From Eledone cirrhosa (taxonomy: Eukaryota), in the NCBI GenBank assembly GCA_964016885.1, contig OZ024742.1, forward strand, positions 163,680,001 to 163,744,000: a DNA stretch of 64,000 nt. The letters are read 5' to 3'. This document shows, piece after piece, positions 13,104 through 25,500 of this stretch. Made by a program: the position numbers and the translations under genes. The notes beneath the pieces are model-generated. The model saw only the letters and a list, made by a program, of their open reading frames with translations, had not been told where the DNA came from and ran no database searches. How positions within the stretch are numbered: position 1 is the stretch's first letter; every line of letters begins with the position of its first letter.

Positions 13104-16100
13104 TTGATTTTTTTTACAAATTATCTCCCCCTGATTTTTTTTACAAATTATCTCCCCCTGATTTTTTTACAAATTATCTCCCCATGATTTTTCTACAAAT
13201 TATCTCCGCCTAATTTTTTTAAATATTATCTTCCCTTGGCTGGCGGGAAATTATCTCCCCTTGGACGGCTGAAAATTATCTCCCCTTGGACGGCTGGAAA
13301 TTATCTCCCCTTGATTTTTTTACAAATTATCTCCCCCTGATTATTTTTTACAAATTATCTCCCCCTGATTTTTTTTTACAAATTATCTCCCTCTGATTTT
13401 TTTTACAAATTATCTCCCCCTGATTTTTTTACAAATTATCGCCCCTTGGCTGGCTGGAAATTATCTCCCCTTGGAGGCTGGAATTTATCACCCCTTGGAC
13501 GGTTAGAAATTACCTCTCCTTGGACGGCTGGAAAATATGTCTCCTTGGACGGCTGGAAATTATCTCCCCTTGGACGGCTGGAAATTATCTCCCCTTGGAC
13601 GGCTGGAAATTATCTCTCCTCGGACGGCTAGAAATTACCTCTCCTTGGACGGCTGAAAATTATCTCCCCTTGGACGGCTGGAAATTATCTCCCCTTGATT
13701 TTTTTTACAAATTATCTCCCCCTGATTTTTTTTTACAAATTATCTCCCCCTGATTTTTTTTTACAAATTATCTCCCCCTGATATTTTTTACAAATTATCT
13801 CCCCCTGATTTTTTTACAAATTATCTCCCCTTGGCTGGCTGGAAATTATCTCCCCTTGGAGGCTGGAATTTATCTCCCCTTGGACGGCTAGAAATTACCT
13901 CGCCTTGGACGGCTGGAAAATATGTCTCCTTGGACGGCTGGAAATTATCTCCCCTTGGACGGCTGGAAATTATCTCCCCTTGGACGGCTAGATATTACCT
14001 CCCCTTGGACGGCTGGAAATTATCTCCCCTTGATTTTTTTTTACAAATTATCTCCCCCTGATTTTTTTTTACAAATTATCTCCCCCTGATTTTTTTTTAC
14101 GAATTATCTCCCCCTGATTTTTTTATCAAATTATCTCCGCCTGATTTTTTTAAAAAAATTATCTCCCCTTGGACGGCTGGAAATTATCTCCCCTTGATTT
14201 TTTTTACAAATTATCTCCCCCTGATTTTTTTTTACAAATTATCTCCCCCTGATTTTTTTTTACAAATTATCTACCCCTGATTTTTTTTTACAAATTATCT
14301 CCCCCTGATTTTTTTTACAAATTATCTCCCCCTGATTTTTTTTTTACAAATTATCTTCGCCTGATTTTTTTAAAAAAATTATCTCCCCTTGGACGGCTGG
14401 AAATTATCTCCCCTTGGACGGCTGGAAATTATCTCCCCTTGGACGGCTAGAAATTACCTCTACTTGGACGGCTGAAAATTATCTCCCCTTGGACGGCTGC
14501 AAATTATCTCCCCTTGATTTTTTTTACAAATTATCTCCCCCTGATTTTTTTTTACAAATTATCTCCCCTTGATTTTTTTTCTACAAATTATCTCCCCCTG
14601 ATTTTTTTTACAATCTCCGCCTGATTTTTTAAAAAATTATCTTCCCTTGGCTGGCGGGAAATTATCTCCCCTTGGACGGCTGGAAATTATCTCCCCTTGG
14701 AAGGATGGAAATTATCTCCCCTTGCACGGCTGGAAATTATCTCCCCTTGGACAGCTGGAAATTATCTGCCCTTTATTTTGTTTTTACAAATTATCTCCCC
14801 CTGATTTTTTTTACAAATTATCTCCACCTGATTTTTTAAAAAATTATCTCCCCTTGGACGGCTGGAAATTATCTCCCCTTGGCTGGAAATTATCTCTCCT
14901 TGGATGGCTGGAAATTATCTCCCTTTGATTTTTTTTACAAATTATCTCCCTCTGATTTTTTTTACAAATTTCCCCCTGATTTAAAAAAAAAAATTATCTC
15001 CCCTTCGCTGGCTGGAAATTATCTCCCCTTGGACACTAGAAATTATAGCCCCTTGGAGGGCTGGAAATTATGTTCCCTTGGACGGCTGGAAATTATCTCC
15101 CCTTGATTTTTTTTACAAATTATCTCCCCCTGATTTTTTTTTACAAATTATCTCCCCCTGATTTTTTTTTACAAATTACCTCCGCCAGATTTTTTTTTTA
15201 AATTATCTCTCCTTGGACGGCTGGAAATTATCTCCCCTTGATTTTTTTTACAAATTATCTCCCTCTGATTTTTTTTTTACAAATTATCTCCCCCTGATTT
15301 TTTTTTACAAATTATCTACCCCTGATTTTTTTTTACAAATTATCTCCCCCTGATTTTTTTTACAAATTATCTCCCCCTGATTTTTTTTACAAATTATCTC
15401 CCCCTGATTTTTTTACAAATTATCTCCGCCTAATTTTTTTAAATATTATCTTCCCTTGGCTGGCGGGAAATTATCTCCCCTTGGACGGCTGAAAATTATC
15501 TCCCCTTGGACGGCTGGAAATTATCTCCCCTTGATTTTTTTACAAATTATCTCCCCCTGATTATTTTTTACAAATTATCTCCCCCTGATTTTTTTTTACA
15601 AATTATCTCCCCCTGATTTTTTTTACAAATTATCTCCCCCTGATTTTTTTACAAATTATCTCCCCTTGGCTGGCTGGAAATTATCTCCCCTTGGAGGCTG
15701 GAATTTATCACCCCTTGGACGGTTAGAAATTACCTCTCCTTGGACGGCTGGAAAATATGTCTCCTTGGACGGCTGGAAATTATCTCCCCTTGGACGGCTG
15801 GAAATTATCTCTCCTCGGACGGCTAGAAATTACCTCTCCTTGGACGGCTGAAAATTATCTCCCCTTGGACGGCTGGAAATTATCTCCCCTTGATTTTTTT
15901 TACAAATTATCTCCGCCTGATTTTTTTAAAAATTATCTTCCCTTGGCTGGCGGGAAATTATCTCCCCTTGGACGGCTGGAAATTATCTCCCCTTGGAAGG
16001 ATGGAAATTATCTCCCCTTGGACGGCTGGAAATTATCTCCCCTTGCACGGCTGGAAATTATCTCCCCTTGGACAGCTGGAAATTATCTGCCCTTGATTTT

Positions 16101-16328
16101 GTTTTTACAAATTATCTCCCCCTGATTTTTTTTACAAATTATCTCCACCTGATTTTTTAAAAAATTATCTCCCCTTGGACGGCTGGAAATTATCTCCCCT
16201 TGGACGGCTAGAAATTATCTCTCTTTGGACGGCTGGAAATTATCTCCCTTTGATTTTTTTTACAAATTATCTCCCTCTGATTTTTTTTACAAATTTCCCC
16301 CTGATTTTTTTAAAAAAATTATCTCCCC

Positions 16329-16427
16329 TTCGCTGGCTGGAAATTATCTCCCCTTGGACACTGGAAATTATAGCCCCTTGGAGGGCTGGAAATTATCTTC
16401 CCTTGAACGGCTGGAAATTATCTCCCC
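16329..16427 (+). repeat. Example of type-A cassette Z (TTCGCTGGCTGG / 24 bp TTGGACACTGG..ATAGCCCC / TTGGAGGGCTGG..CTTCCC / A)
   Basis: Recurs near 1542, 8503, 12482, 15004, 21029, 22381, 30075, 31271, 36573, 37925 and at +32,347 equivalents. Confidence 0.9.
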
Positions 16428-18025
16428 TTGATTTTTTTTACAAATTATCTCCCCATGATTTTTTTTTACAAATTATCTCCCCCTGATTTTTTTTTACAAA
16501 TTATCTCCGCCTGATTTTTTTTTTAAATTATCTCTCCTTGGACGGCTGGAAATTATCTCCCCTTGATTTTTTTTACATATCATCTCCCCCTGATTTTTTT
16601 TTACAAATTATCTCCCCCTGATTTTTTTTTACAAATTATCTACCCCTGATTTTTTTTACAAATTATCTCCACCTGATTTTTTTACAAATTATCTCCCGCT
16701 GATTTTTTTTACAAATTATCTCCGCCTAATTTTTTTAAATATTATCTCCCCTTGGACGGCTGAAAATTATCTCCCCTTGGACGGCTGGAAATTATCTCCC
16801 CTTGATTTTTTTACAAATTATCTCCCCCTGATTATTTTTTACAAATTATCTCCCCCTGATTTTTTTTTACAAATTATCTCCCCCTGATTTTTTTTACAAA
16901 TTATCTCCCCTTGGAGGCTGGAATTTATCTCCCCTTGGACGGTTAGAAATTACCTCTCCTTGGACGGCTGGAAAATATGTCTCCTTGGACGGCTGGAAAT
17001 TATCTCCCCTTGGACGGCTGGAAATTATCTCCCCTTGCACGGCTGGAAATTATCTCTCCTCGGACGGCTAGAAATTACCTCTCCTTGGACGGCTGAAAAT
17101 TATCTCCCCTTGGACGGCTGGAAATTATCTCCCCTTGATTTTTTTTACAAATTATCTCCCCCTGATTTTTTTTTACAAATTATCTCCCCCTGATTTTTTT
17201 TTACAAATTATCTCCCCCTCATTTTTTTTTTAAAATTATCCTCCCCTGATTTTTTTACAAATTATCTCCCCTTGGCTGGCTGGAAATTATCTCCCCTTGG
17301 AGGCTGGAATTTATCTCCCCTTGGACGGCTAGAAATTACCTCGCTTTGGACGGTTGGAAAATATGTCTCCTTGGACGGCTGGAAATTATCTCCCCTTGGA
17401 CGGCTGGAAATTATCTCCCCTTGGACGGCTGGAAATTATCTCCCCTTGGACGGCTAGATATTACCTCCCCTTGGACGGCTGGAAATTATCTCCCCTTGAT
17501 TTTTTTTACAAATTATCTCCCCCTGATTTTTTTTTACAAATTATCTCCCCCTGATTTTTTTTACGAATTATCTCCCCCTGATTTTTTTTTACAAATTATC
17601 TCCGCCTGATTTTTTTTTAAAAATTATCCCCCTTGAACGGCTGGAAATTATCTCCCCTTGGACGGCTGGAAATTATCTCCCCTTGGACGGCTAGAAATTA
17701 CCTCTCCTTGGACGGCTGAAAATTATCTCCCATTGGACGGCTGCAAATTATCTCCCCTTGATTTTTTTAACAAATTATCTCCCCCTGATTTTTTCTTACA
17801 AATTATCTCCCCCTGATTTTTTTTTACAAATTATCTACGCCTAATTTTTTTTACAAATTATCTCCCCCTGATTTATTTTACAAATTATCTCCCCCTGATT
17901 TTTTTTACAAATTATCTCCCCCTGATTTTTTTTTACAAATTATCTCCCCCTGATTTTTTTACAAATTATCTCCCCCCTGATTTTTTTTACAATCTCCGCC
18001 TGATTTTTTTAAAAATTATCTTCCC

Positions 18026-18175
18026 TTGGCTGGCGGGAAATTATCTCCCCTTGGACGGCTGGAAATTATATCCCCTTGGAAGGATGGAAATTATCTCCCC
18101 TTGGACGGCTGGAAATTATCTCCCCTTGTACGGCTGGAAATTATCTCCCCTTGGACAGCTGGAAATTATCTGCCC
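18026..18175 (+). repeat. Example of type-A cassette Y (TTGGCTGGCGGG / A / TTGGAAGGATGG / A / TTG[C/T/G]ACGG / TTGGACAGCTGG..CTGCCC, followed by TTGATTTTGTTTTTAC)
   Basis: Recurs at 5082, 7160, 10338, 12073, 14647, 23869, 26269, 29694, 33747 and 39649, usually preceded by a shortened B monomer ending ACAATCTCCGC. Confidence 0.9.
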
Positions 18176-19744
18176 TTGATTTTGTTTTTACAAATTATCT
18201 CCCCCTGATTTTTTTTACAAATTATCTCCACCTGATTTTTTAAAAAATTATCTCCCCTTGGACGGCTGGAAATTATCTCCCCTTGATTTTTTTTACAAAT
18301 TATCTCCCCCTGATTTTTTTTTACAAATTATCTCCCCCTGATTTTTTTTTACAAATTATCTTCGCCTGATTTTTTTTAAAAATTATCTCTCCTTGGACGG
18401 CTGGATATTATCTCCCCTTTCATTTTTTTTACAAATTATCTCCCCCTGATTTTTTTTTACAAATTATCTACCCCTGATTTTTTTTTACAAATTATCTCCC
18501 CCTGATTTTTTTTACAAATTATCTCCCCCTGATTTTTTTTTTACAAATTATCTCCCCCTGATTTTTTTACAAATTATCTCCCCCTGATTTTTTTTACAAA
18601 TTATCTCCGCCTGATTTTTTTAAATATTATCTTGCCTTGGCTGGCGGGAAATAATCTCCCCTTGGACGGCTGAAAATTATCTCCCCTTGGACGGCTGGAA
18701 ATTATCTCCCCTTGATTTTTTTTACAAATTATCTCCCCCTAATATTTTTTTACAAATTATCTCCCCCTGATTTTTTTTTACAAATTATCTCCCCCTGATT
18801 TTTTTTTACAAATTATCTCCCCCTGATTTTTTTTACAAATTATCTTCCCATGATTTTTTTACAAATTATCTCCCCTTGGCTGGCTGGAAATTATCTCCCC
18901 TTGGAGGCTGGAATTAATCTCCCCTTGGACGGCTAGTAATTACCTCTCCTTGGACGGCTGGAAAATATGTCTCCTTGGACGGCTGGATATTATCTACCCT
19001 TGGACGGCTGGAAATTATCTCCCCTTGGACGGCTGGAAATTATCTCCCCTTGGACGGCTAGATATTACCTCCCCTTGGACGGCTGGAAATTATCTCGCCT
19101 TGATTTTCTTTACAAATTATCTCCCCCTGATTTTTTTTACAAATTATCTCCCCCTGATTTTTTTACAAATTATCTCCCCCTGATTTTTTTTACAAATTAT
19201 CTCCGCCTAATTTTTTTAAATATTATCTTCCCTTGGCTGGCGGGAAATTATCTCCCCTTGGACGGCTGAAAATTATCTCCCCTTGGACGGCTGGAAATTA
19301 TCTCCCCTTGATTTTTTTTACAAATTATCTCCCCCTGATTATTTTTTACAAATTATCTCTTCCTGATTTTTTTTACAAATTATCTCCCCCTGATTTCTTT
19401 TACAAATTATCTCCCCCTGATCTTTTTACAAATTATCTCCCCTTGGCTGGCTGGAAATTATCTCCCCTTGGAGGCTGGAATTTATCTCCCATTGGACGGC
19501 TAGAAATTACCTCTCCTTGGACGGCTGGAAAATATGTCTCCTTGGACGGCTGGAAATTATCTCCCCTTGGACGGCTGGAAATTATCTCCCCTTGGACGGC
19601 TGGAAATTATCTCTCCTTGGACGGCTAGAAATTACCTCTCCTTGGACGGCTGAAAATTATCTCCCCTTGGACGGCTGGAAATTATCTCCCCTTGATTTTT
19701 TTTACAAATTATCTCCCCCTGATTTTTTTTTACAAATTATCTCC

Positions 19745-22700
19745 CCCTGATTTTTTTTTACAAATTATCTCCCCCTGATTTTTTTTTACAAATTATCTCC
19801 CCCTGATATTTTTTACAAATTATCTCCCCCTGATTTTTTTACAAATTATCTCCCCTTGGCTGGCTGGAAATTATCTCCCCTTGGAGGCTGGAATTTATCT
19901 CCCCTTGGACGGCTAGAAATTACCTCGCCTTGGACGGCTGGAAAATATGTCTCCTTGGACGGCTGGAAATTATCTCCCCTTGGACGGCTGGAAATTATCT
20001 CCCCTTGGACGGCTAGATATTACCTCCCCTTGGACGGCTGGAAATTATCTCCCCTTGATTTTTTTTTACAAATTATCTCCCCCTGATTTTTTTTTACAAA
20101 TTATCTCCCCCTGATTTTTTTTTACGAATTATCTCCCCCTGATTTTTTTTACAAATTATCTCCGCCTGATTTTTTTAAAAAAATTATCTCCCCTTGGACG
20201 GCTGGAAATTATCTCCCCTTGATTTTTTTTACAAATTATCTCCCCCTGATTTTTTTTTACAAATTATCTCCCCCTGATTTTTTTTTACAAATTATCTACC
20301 CCTGATTTTTTTTTACAAATTATCTCCCCCTTATTTTTTTTACAAATTATCTCCCCCTGATTTTTTTTTTACAAATTATCTTCGCCTGATTTTTTTAAAA
20401 AAATTATCTCCCCTTGGACGGCTTGAAATTATCTCCCCTTGGACGGCTGGAAATTATCTCCCCTTGGACGGCTAGAAATTACCTCTACTTGGACGGCTGA
20501 AAATTATCTCCCCTTGGACGGCTGCAAATTATCTCCCCTTGATTTTTTTTACAAATTATCTCCCCCTGATTTTTTTTTACAAATTATCTCCCCTTGATTT
20601 TTTTTCTACAAATTATCTCCCCCTGATTTTTTTTACAATCTCCGCCTGATTTTTTAAAAAATTATCTTCCCTTGGCTGGCGGGAAATTATCTCCCCTTGG
20701 ACGGCTGGAAATTATCTCCCCTTGGAAGGATGGAAATTATCTCCCCTTGCACGGCTGGAAATTATCTCCCCTTGGACAGCTGGAAATTATCTGCCCTTTA
20801 TTTTGTTTTTACAAATTATCTCCCCCTGATTTTTTTTACAAATTATCTCCACCTGATTTTTTAAAAAATTATCTCCCCTTGGACGGCTGGAAATTATCTC
20901 CCCTTGGCTGGAAATTATCTCTCCTTGGACGGCTGGAAATTATCTCCCTTTGATTTTTTTTACAAATTATCTCCCTCTGATTTTTTTTACAAATTTCCCC
21001 CTGATTTAAAAAAAAAAATTATCTCCCCTTCGCTGGCTGGAAATTATCTCCCCTTGGACACTGGAAATTATAGCCCCTTGGAGGGCTGGAAATTATCTTC
21101 CCTTGGACGGCTGGAAATTATCTCCCCTTGATTTTTTTTACAAATTATCTCCCCCTGATTTTTTTTTACAAATTATCTCCCCCTGATTTTTTTTTACAAA
21201 TTACCTCCGCCAGATTTTTTTTTAAAATTATCTCTCCTTGGACGGCTGGAAATTATCTCCCCTTGATTTTTTTTACAAATTATCTCCCTCTGATTTTTTT
21301 TTTACAAATTATCTCCCCCTGATTTTTTTTTACAAATTATCTACCCCTGATTTTTTTTTACAAATTATCTCCCCCTGATTTTTTTTACAAATTATCTCCC
21401 CCTGATTTTTTTTACAAATTATCTCCCCCTGATTTTTTTACAAATTATCTCCCCCTGATTTTTTTTACAAATTATCTCCGCCTAATTTTTTTAAATATTA
21501 TCTTCCCTTGGCTGGCGGGAAATTATCTCCCCTTGGACGGCTGAAAATTATCTCCCCTTGGACGGCTGGAAATTATCTCCCCTTGATTTTTTTACAAATT
21601 ATCTCCCCCTGATTATTTTTTACAAATTATCTCCCCCTGATTTTTTTTTACAAATTATCTCCCCCTGATTTTTTTTACAAATTATCTCCCCCTGATTTTT
21701 TTACAAATTATCTCCCCTTGGCTGGCTGGAAATTATCTCCCCTTGGAGGCTGGAATTTATCACCCCTTGGACGGTTAGAAATTACCTCTCCTTGGACGGC
21801 TGGAAAATATGTCTCCTTGGACGGCTGGAAATTATCTCCCCTTGGACGGCTGGAAATTATCTCTCCTCGGACGGCTAGAAATTACCTCTCCTTGGACGGC
21901 TGAAAATTATCTCCCCTTGGACGGCTGGAAATTATCTCCCCTTGATTTTTTTTACAAATTATCTCCGCCTGATTTTTTTAAAAATTATCTTCCCTTGGCT
22001 GGCGGGAAATTATCTCCCCTTGGACGGCTGGAAATTATCTCCCCTTGGAAGGATGGAAATTATCTCCCCTTGGACGGCTGGAAATTATCTCCCCTTGCAC
22101 GGCTGGAAATTATCTCCCCTTGGACAGCTGGAAATTATCTGCCCTTGATTTTGTTTTTACAAATTATCTCCCCCTGATTTTTTTTACAAATTATCTCCAC
22201 CTGATTTTTTAAAAAATTATCTCCCCTTGGACGGCTGGAAATTATCTCCCCTTGGACGGCTAGAAATTATCTCTCTTTGGACGGCTGGAAATTATCTCCC
22301 TTTGATTTTTTTTACAAATTATCTCCCTCTGATTTTTTTTACAAATTTCCCCCTGATTTTTTTAAAAAAATTATCTCCCCTTCGCTGGCTGGAAATTATC
22401 TCCCCTTGGACACTGGAAATTATAGCCCCTTGGAGGGCTGGAAATTATCTTCCCTTGAACGGCTGGAAATTATCTCCCCTTGATTTTTTTTACAAATTAT
22501 CTCCCCATGATTTTTTTTTACAAATTATCTCCCCCTGATTTTTTTTTACAAATTATCTCCGCCTGATTTTTTTTTTAAATTATCTCTCCTTGGACGGCTG
22601 GAAATTATCTCCCCTTGATTTTTTTTACATATCATCTCCCCCTGATTTTTTTTTACAAATTATCTCCCCCTGATTTTTTTTTACAAATTATCTACCCCTG

Positions 22701-25500
22701 ATTTTTTTTACAAATTATCTCCACCTGATTTTTTTACAAATTATCTCCCGCTGATTTTTTTTACAAATTATCTCCGCCTAATTTTTTTAAATATTATCTC
22801 CCCTTGGACGGCTGAAAATTATCTCCCCTTGGACGGCTGGAAATTATCTCCCCTTGGACGGCTGGAAATTATCTCCCCTTGCACGGCTGGAAATTATCTC
22901 TCCTCGGACGGCTAGAAATTACCTCTCCTTGGACGGCTGAAAATTATCTCCCCTTGGACGGCTGGAAATTATCTCCCCTTGATTTTTTTTACAAATTATC
23001 TCCCCCTGATTTTTTTTTACAAATTATCTCCCCCTGATTTTTTTTTACAAATTATCTCCCCCTCATTTTTTTTTTAAATTATCCTCCCCTGATTTTTTTA
23101 CAAATTATCTCCCCTTGGCTGGCTGGAAATTATCTCCCCTTGGAGGCTGGAATTTATCTCCCCTTGGACGGCTAGAAATTACCTCGCTTTGGACGGTTGG
23201 AAAATATGTCTCCTTGGACGGCTGGAAATTATCTCCCCTTGGACGGCTGGAAATTATCTCCCCTTGGACGGCTGGAAATTATCTCCCCTTGGACGGCTAG
23301 ATATTACCTCCCCTTGGACGGCTGGAAATTATTTCCCCTTGATTTTTTTTACAAATTATCTCCCCCTGATTTTTTTTTACAAATTATCTCCCCCTGATTT
23401 TTTTTACGAATTATCTCCCCCTGATTTTTTTTTACAAATTATCTCCGCCTGATTTTTTTTTAAAAATTATCCCCCTTGAACGGCTGGAAATTATCTCCCC
23501 TTGGACGGCTGGAAATTATCTCCCCTTGGACGGCTAGAAATTACCTCTCCTTGGACGGCTGAAAATTATCTCCCATTGGACGGCTGCAAATTATCTCCCC
23601 TTGATTTTTTTAACAAATTATCTCCCCCTGATTTTTTTTTACAAATTATCTCCCCCTGATTTTTTTTTACAAATTATCTACGCCTAATTTTTTTTACAAA
23701 TTATCTCCCCCTGATTTTTTTTACAAATTATCTCCCCCTGATTTTTTTTACAAATTATCTCCCCCTGATTTTTTTTTACAAATTATCTCCCCCTGATTTT
23801 TTTACAAATTATCTCCCCCCTGATTTTTTTTACAATCTCCGCCTGATTTTTTTAAAAATTATCTTCCCTTGGCTGGCGGGAAATTATCTCCCCTTGGACG
23901 GCTGGAAATTATATCCCCTTGGAAGGATGGAAATTATCTCCCCTTGGACGGCTGGAAATTATCTCCCCTTGTACGGCTGGAAATTATCTCCCCTTGGACA
24001 GCTGGAAATTATCTGCCCTTGATTTTGTTTTTACAAATTATCTCCCCCTGATTTTTTTTACAAATTATCTCCACCTGATTTTTTTAAAAATTATCTCCCC
24101 TTGGACGGCTGGAAATTATCTCCCCTTGATTTTTTTTACAAATTATCTCCCCCTGATTTTTTTTTACAAATTATCTCCCCCTGATTTTTTTTTACAAATT
24201 ATCTTCGCCTGATTTTTTTAAAAAATTATCTCTCCTTGGACGGCTGGATATTATCTCCCCTTTCATTTTTTTTACAAATTATCTCCCCCTGATTTTTTTT
24301 TACAAATTATCTACCCCTGATTTTTTTTTACAAATTATCTCCCCCTGATTTTTTTTACAAATTATCTCCCCCTGATTTTTTTTTTACAAATTATCTCCCC
24401 CTGATTTTTTTACAAATTATCTCCCCCTGATTTTTTTTACAAATTATCTCCGCCTGATTTTTTTAAATATTATCTTGCCTTGGCTGGCGGGAAATAATCT
24501 CCCCTTGGACGGCTGAAAATTATCTCCCCTTGGACGGCTGGAAATTATCTCCCCTTGATTTTTTTTACAAATTATCTCCCCCTAATATTTTTTTACAAAT
24601 TATCTCCCCCTGATTTTTTTTTACAAATTATCTCCCCCTGATTTTTTTTTACAAATTATCTCCCCATGATTTTTTTACAAATTATCTCCCCTTGGAGGCT
24701 GGAATTAATCTCCCCTTGGACGGCTAGAAATTACCTCTCCTTGGACGGCTGGAAAATATGTCTCCTTGGACGGCTGGATATTATCTACCCTTGGACGGCT
24801 GGAAATTATCTCCCCTTGGACGGCTGGAAATTATCTCCCCTTGGACGGCTAGATATTACCTCCCCTTGGACGGCTGGAAATTATCTCGCCTTGATTTTCT
24901 TTACAAATTATCTCCCCCTGATTTTTTTTACAAATTATCTCTTCCTGATTTTTTTAAATATTATCTTCCCTTGGCTGGCGGGAAATTATCTCCCCTTGGA
25001 CGGCTGAAAATTATCTCCCCTTGGACGGCTGGAAATTATCTCCCCTTGATTTTTTTTACAAATTATCTCCCCCTGATTATTTTTTACAAATTATCTCTTC
25101 CTGATTTTTTTTACAAATTATCTCCCCCTGATTTCTTTTACAAATTATCTCCCCCTGATCTTTTTACAAATTATCTCCCCTTGGCTGGCTGGAAATTATC
25201 TCCCCTTGGAGGCTGGAATTTATCTCCCATTGGACGGCTAGAAATTACCTCTCCTTGGACGGCTGGAAAATATGTCTCCTTGGACGGCTGGAAATTATCT
25301 CCCCTTGGACGGCTGGAAATTATCTCCCCTTGGACGGCTGGAAATTATCTCTCCTTGGACGGCTAGAAATTACCTCTCCTTGGACGGCTGAAAATTATCT
25401 CCCCTTGGACGGCTGGAAATTATCTCCTCTTGATTTTTGTTACAAATTATCTCCCCCTGATTTTTTTTTACAAATTATCTCCCACTGATTTTTTTTTACA
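19745..25500 (+). repeat. About 5.8 kb higher-order unit, copy b (approximate bounds)
   Basis: Shares private variants with copy a (TTACCTCCGCCAGA, ACATATCATC, CTCCCGCTGA, TTGTACGG, CTCGCCTTGATTTTCTTT). Offset steps correspond to whole-monomer indels. Confidence 0.85.

Larger units (their letters stand above)
13720..19744 (+). repeat. About 6.0 kb higher-order unit, copy a (approximate bounds)
   Basis: ORF offsets to the next copy are 6,025 (13831/19856, 14647/20672), 6,052 (15666/21718, 16175/22227), 5,843 (17272/23115, 18026/23869) and 5,738 (19517/25255). Confidence 0.85.
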
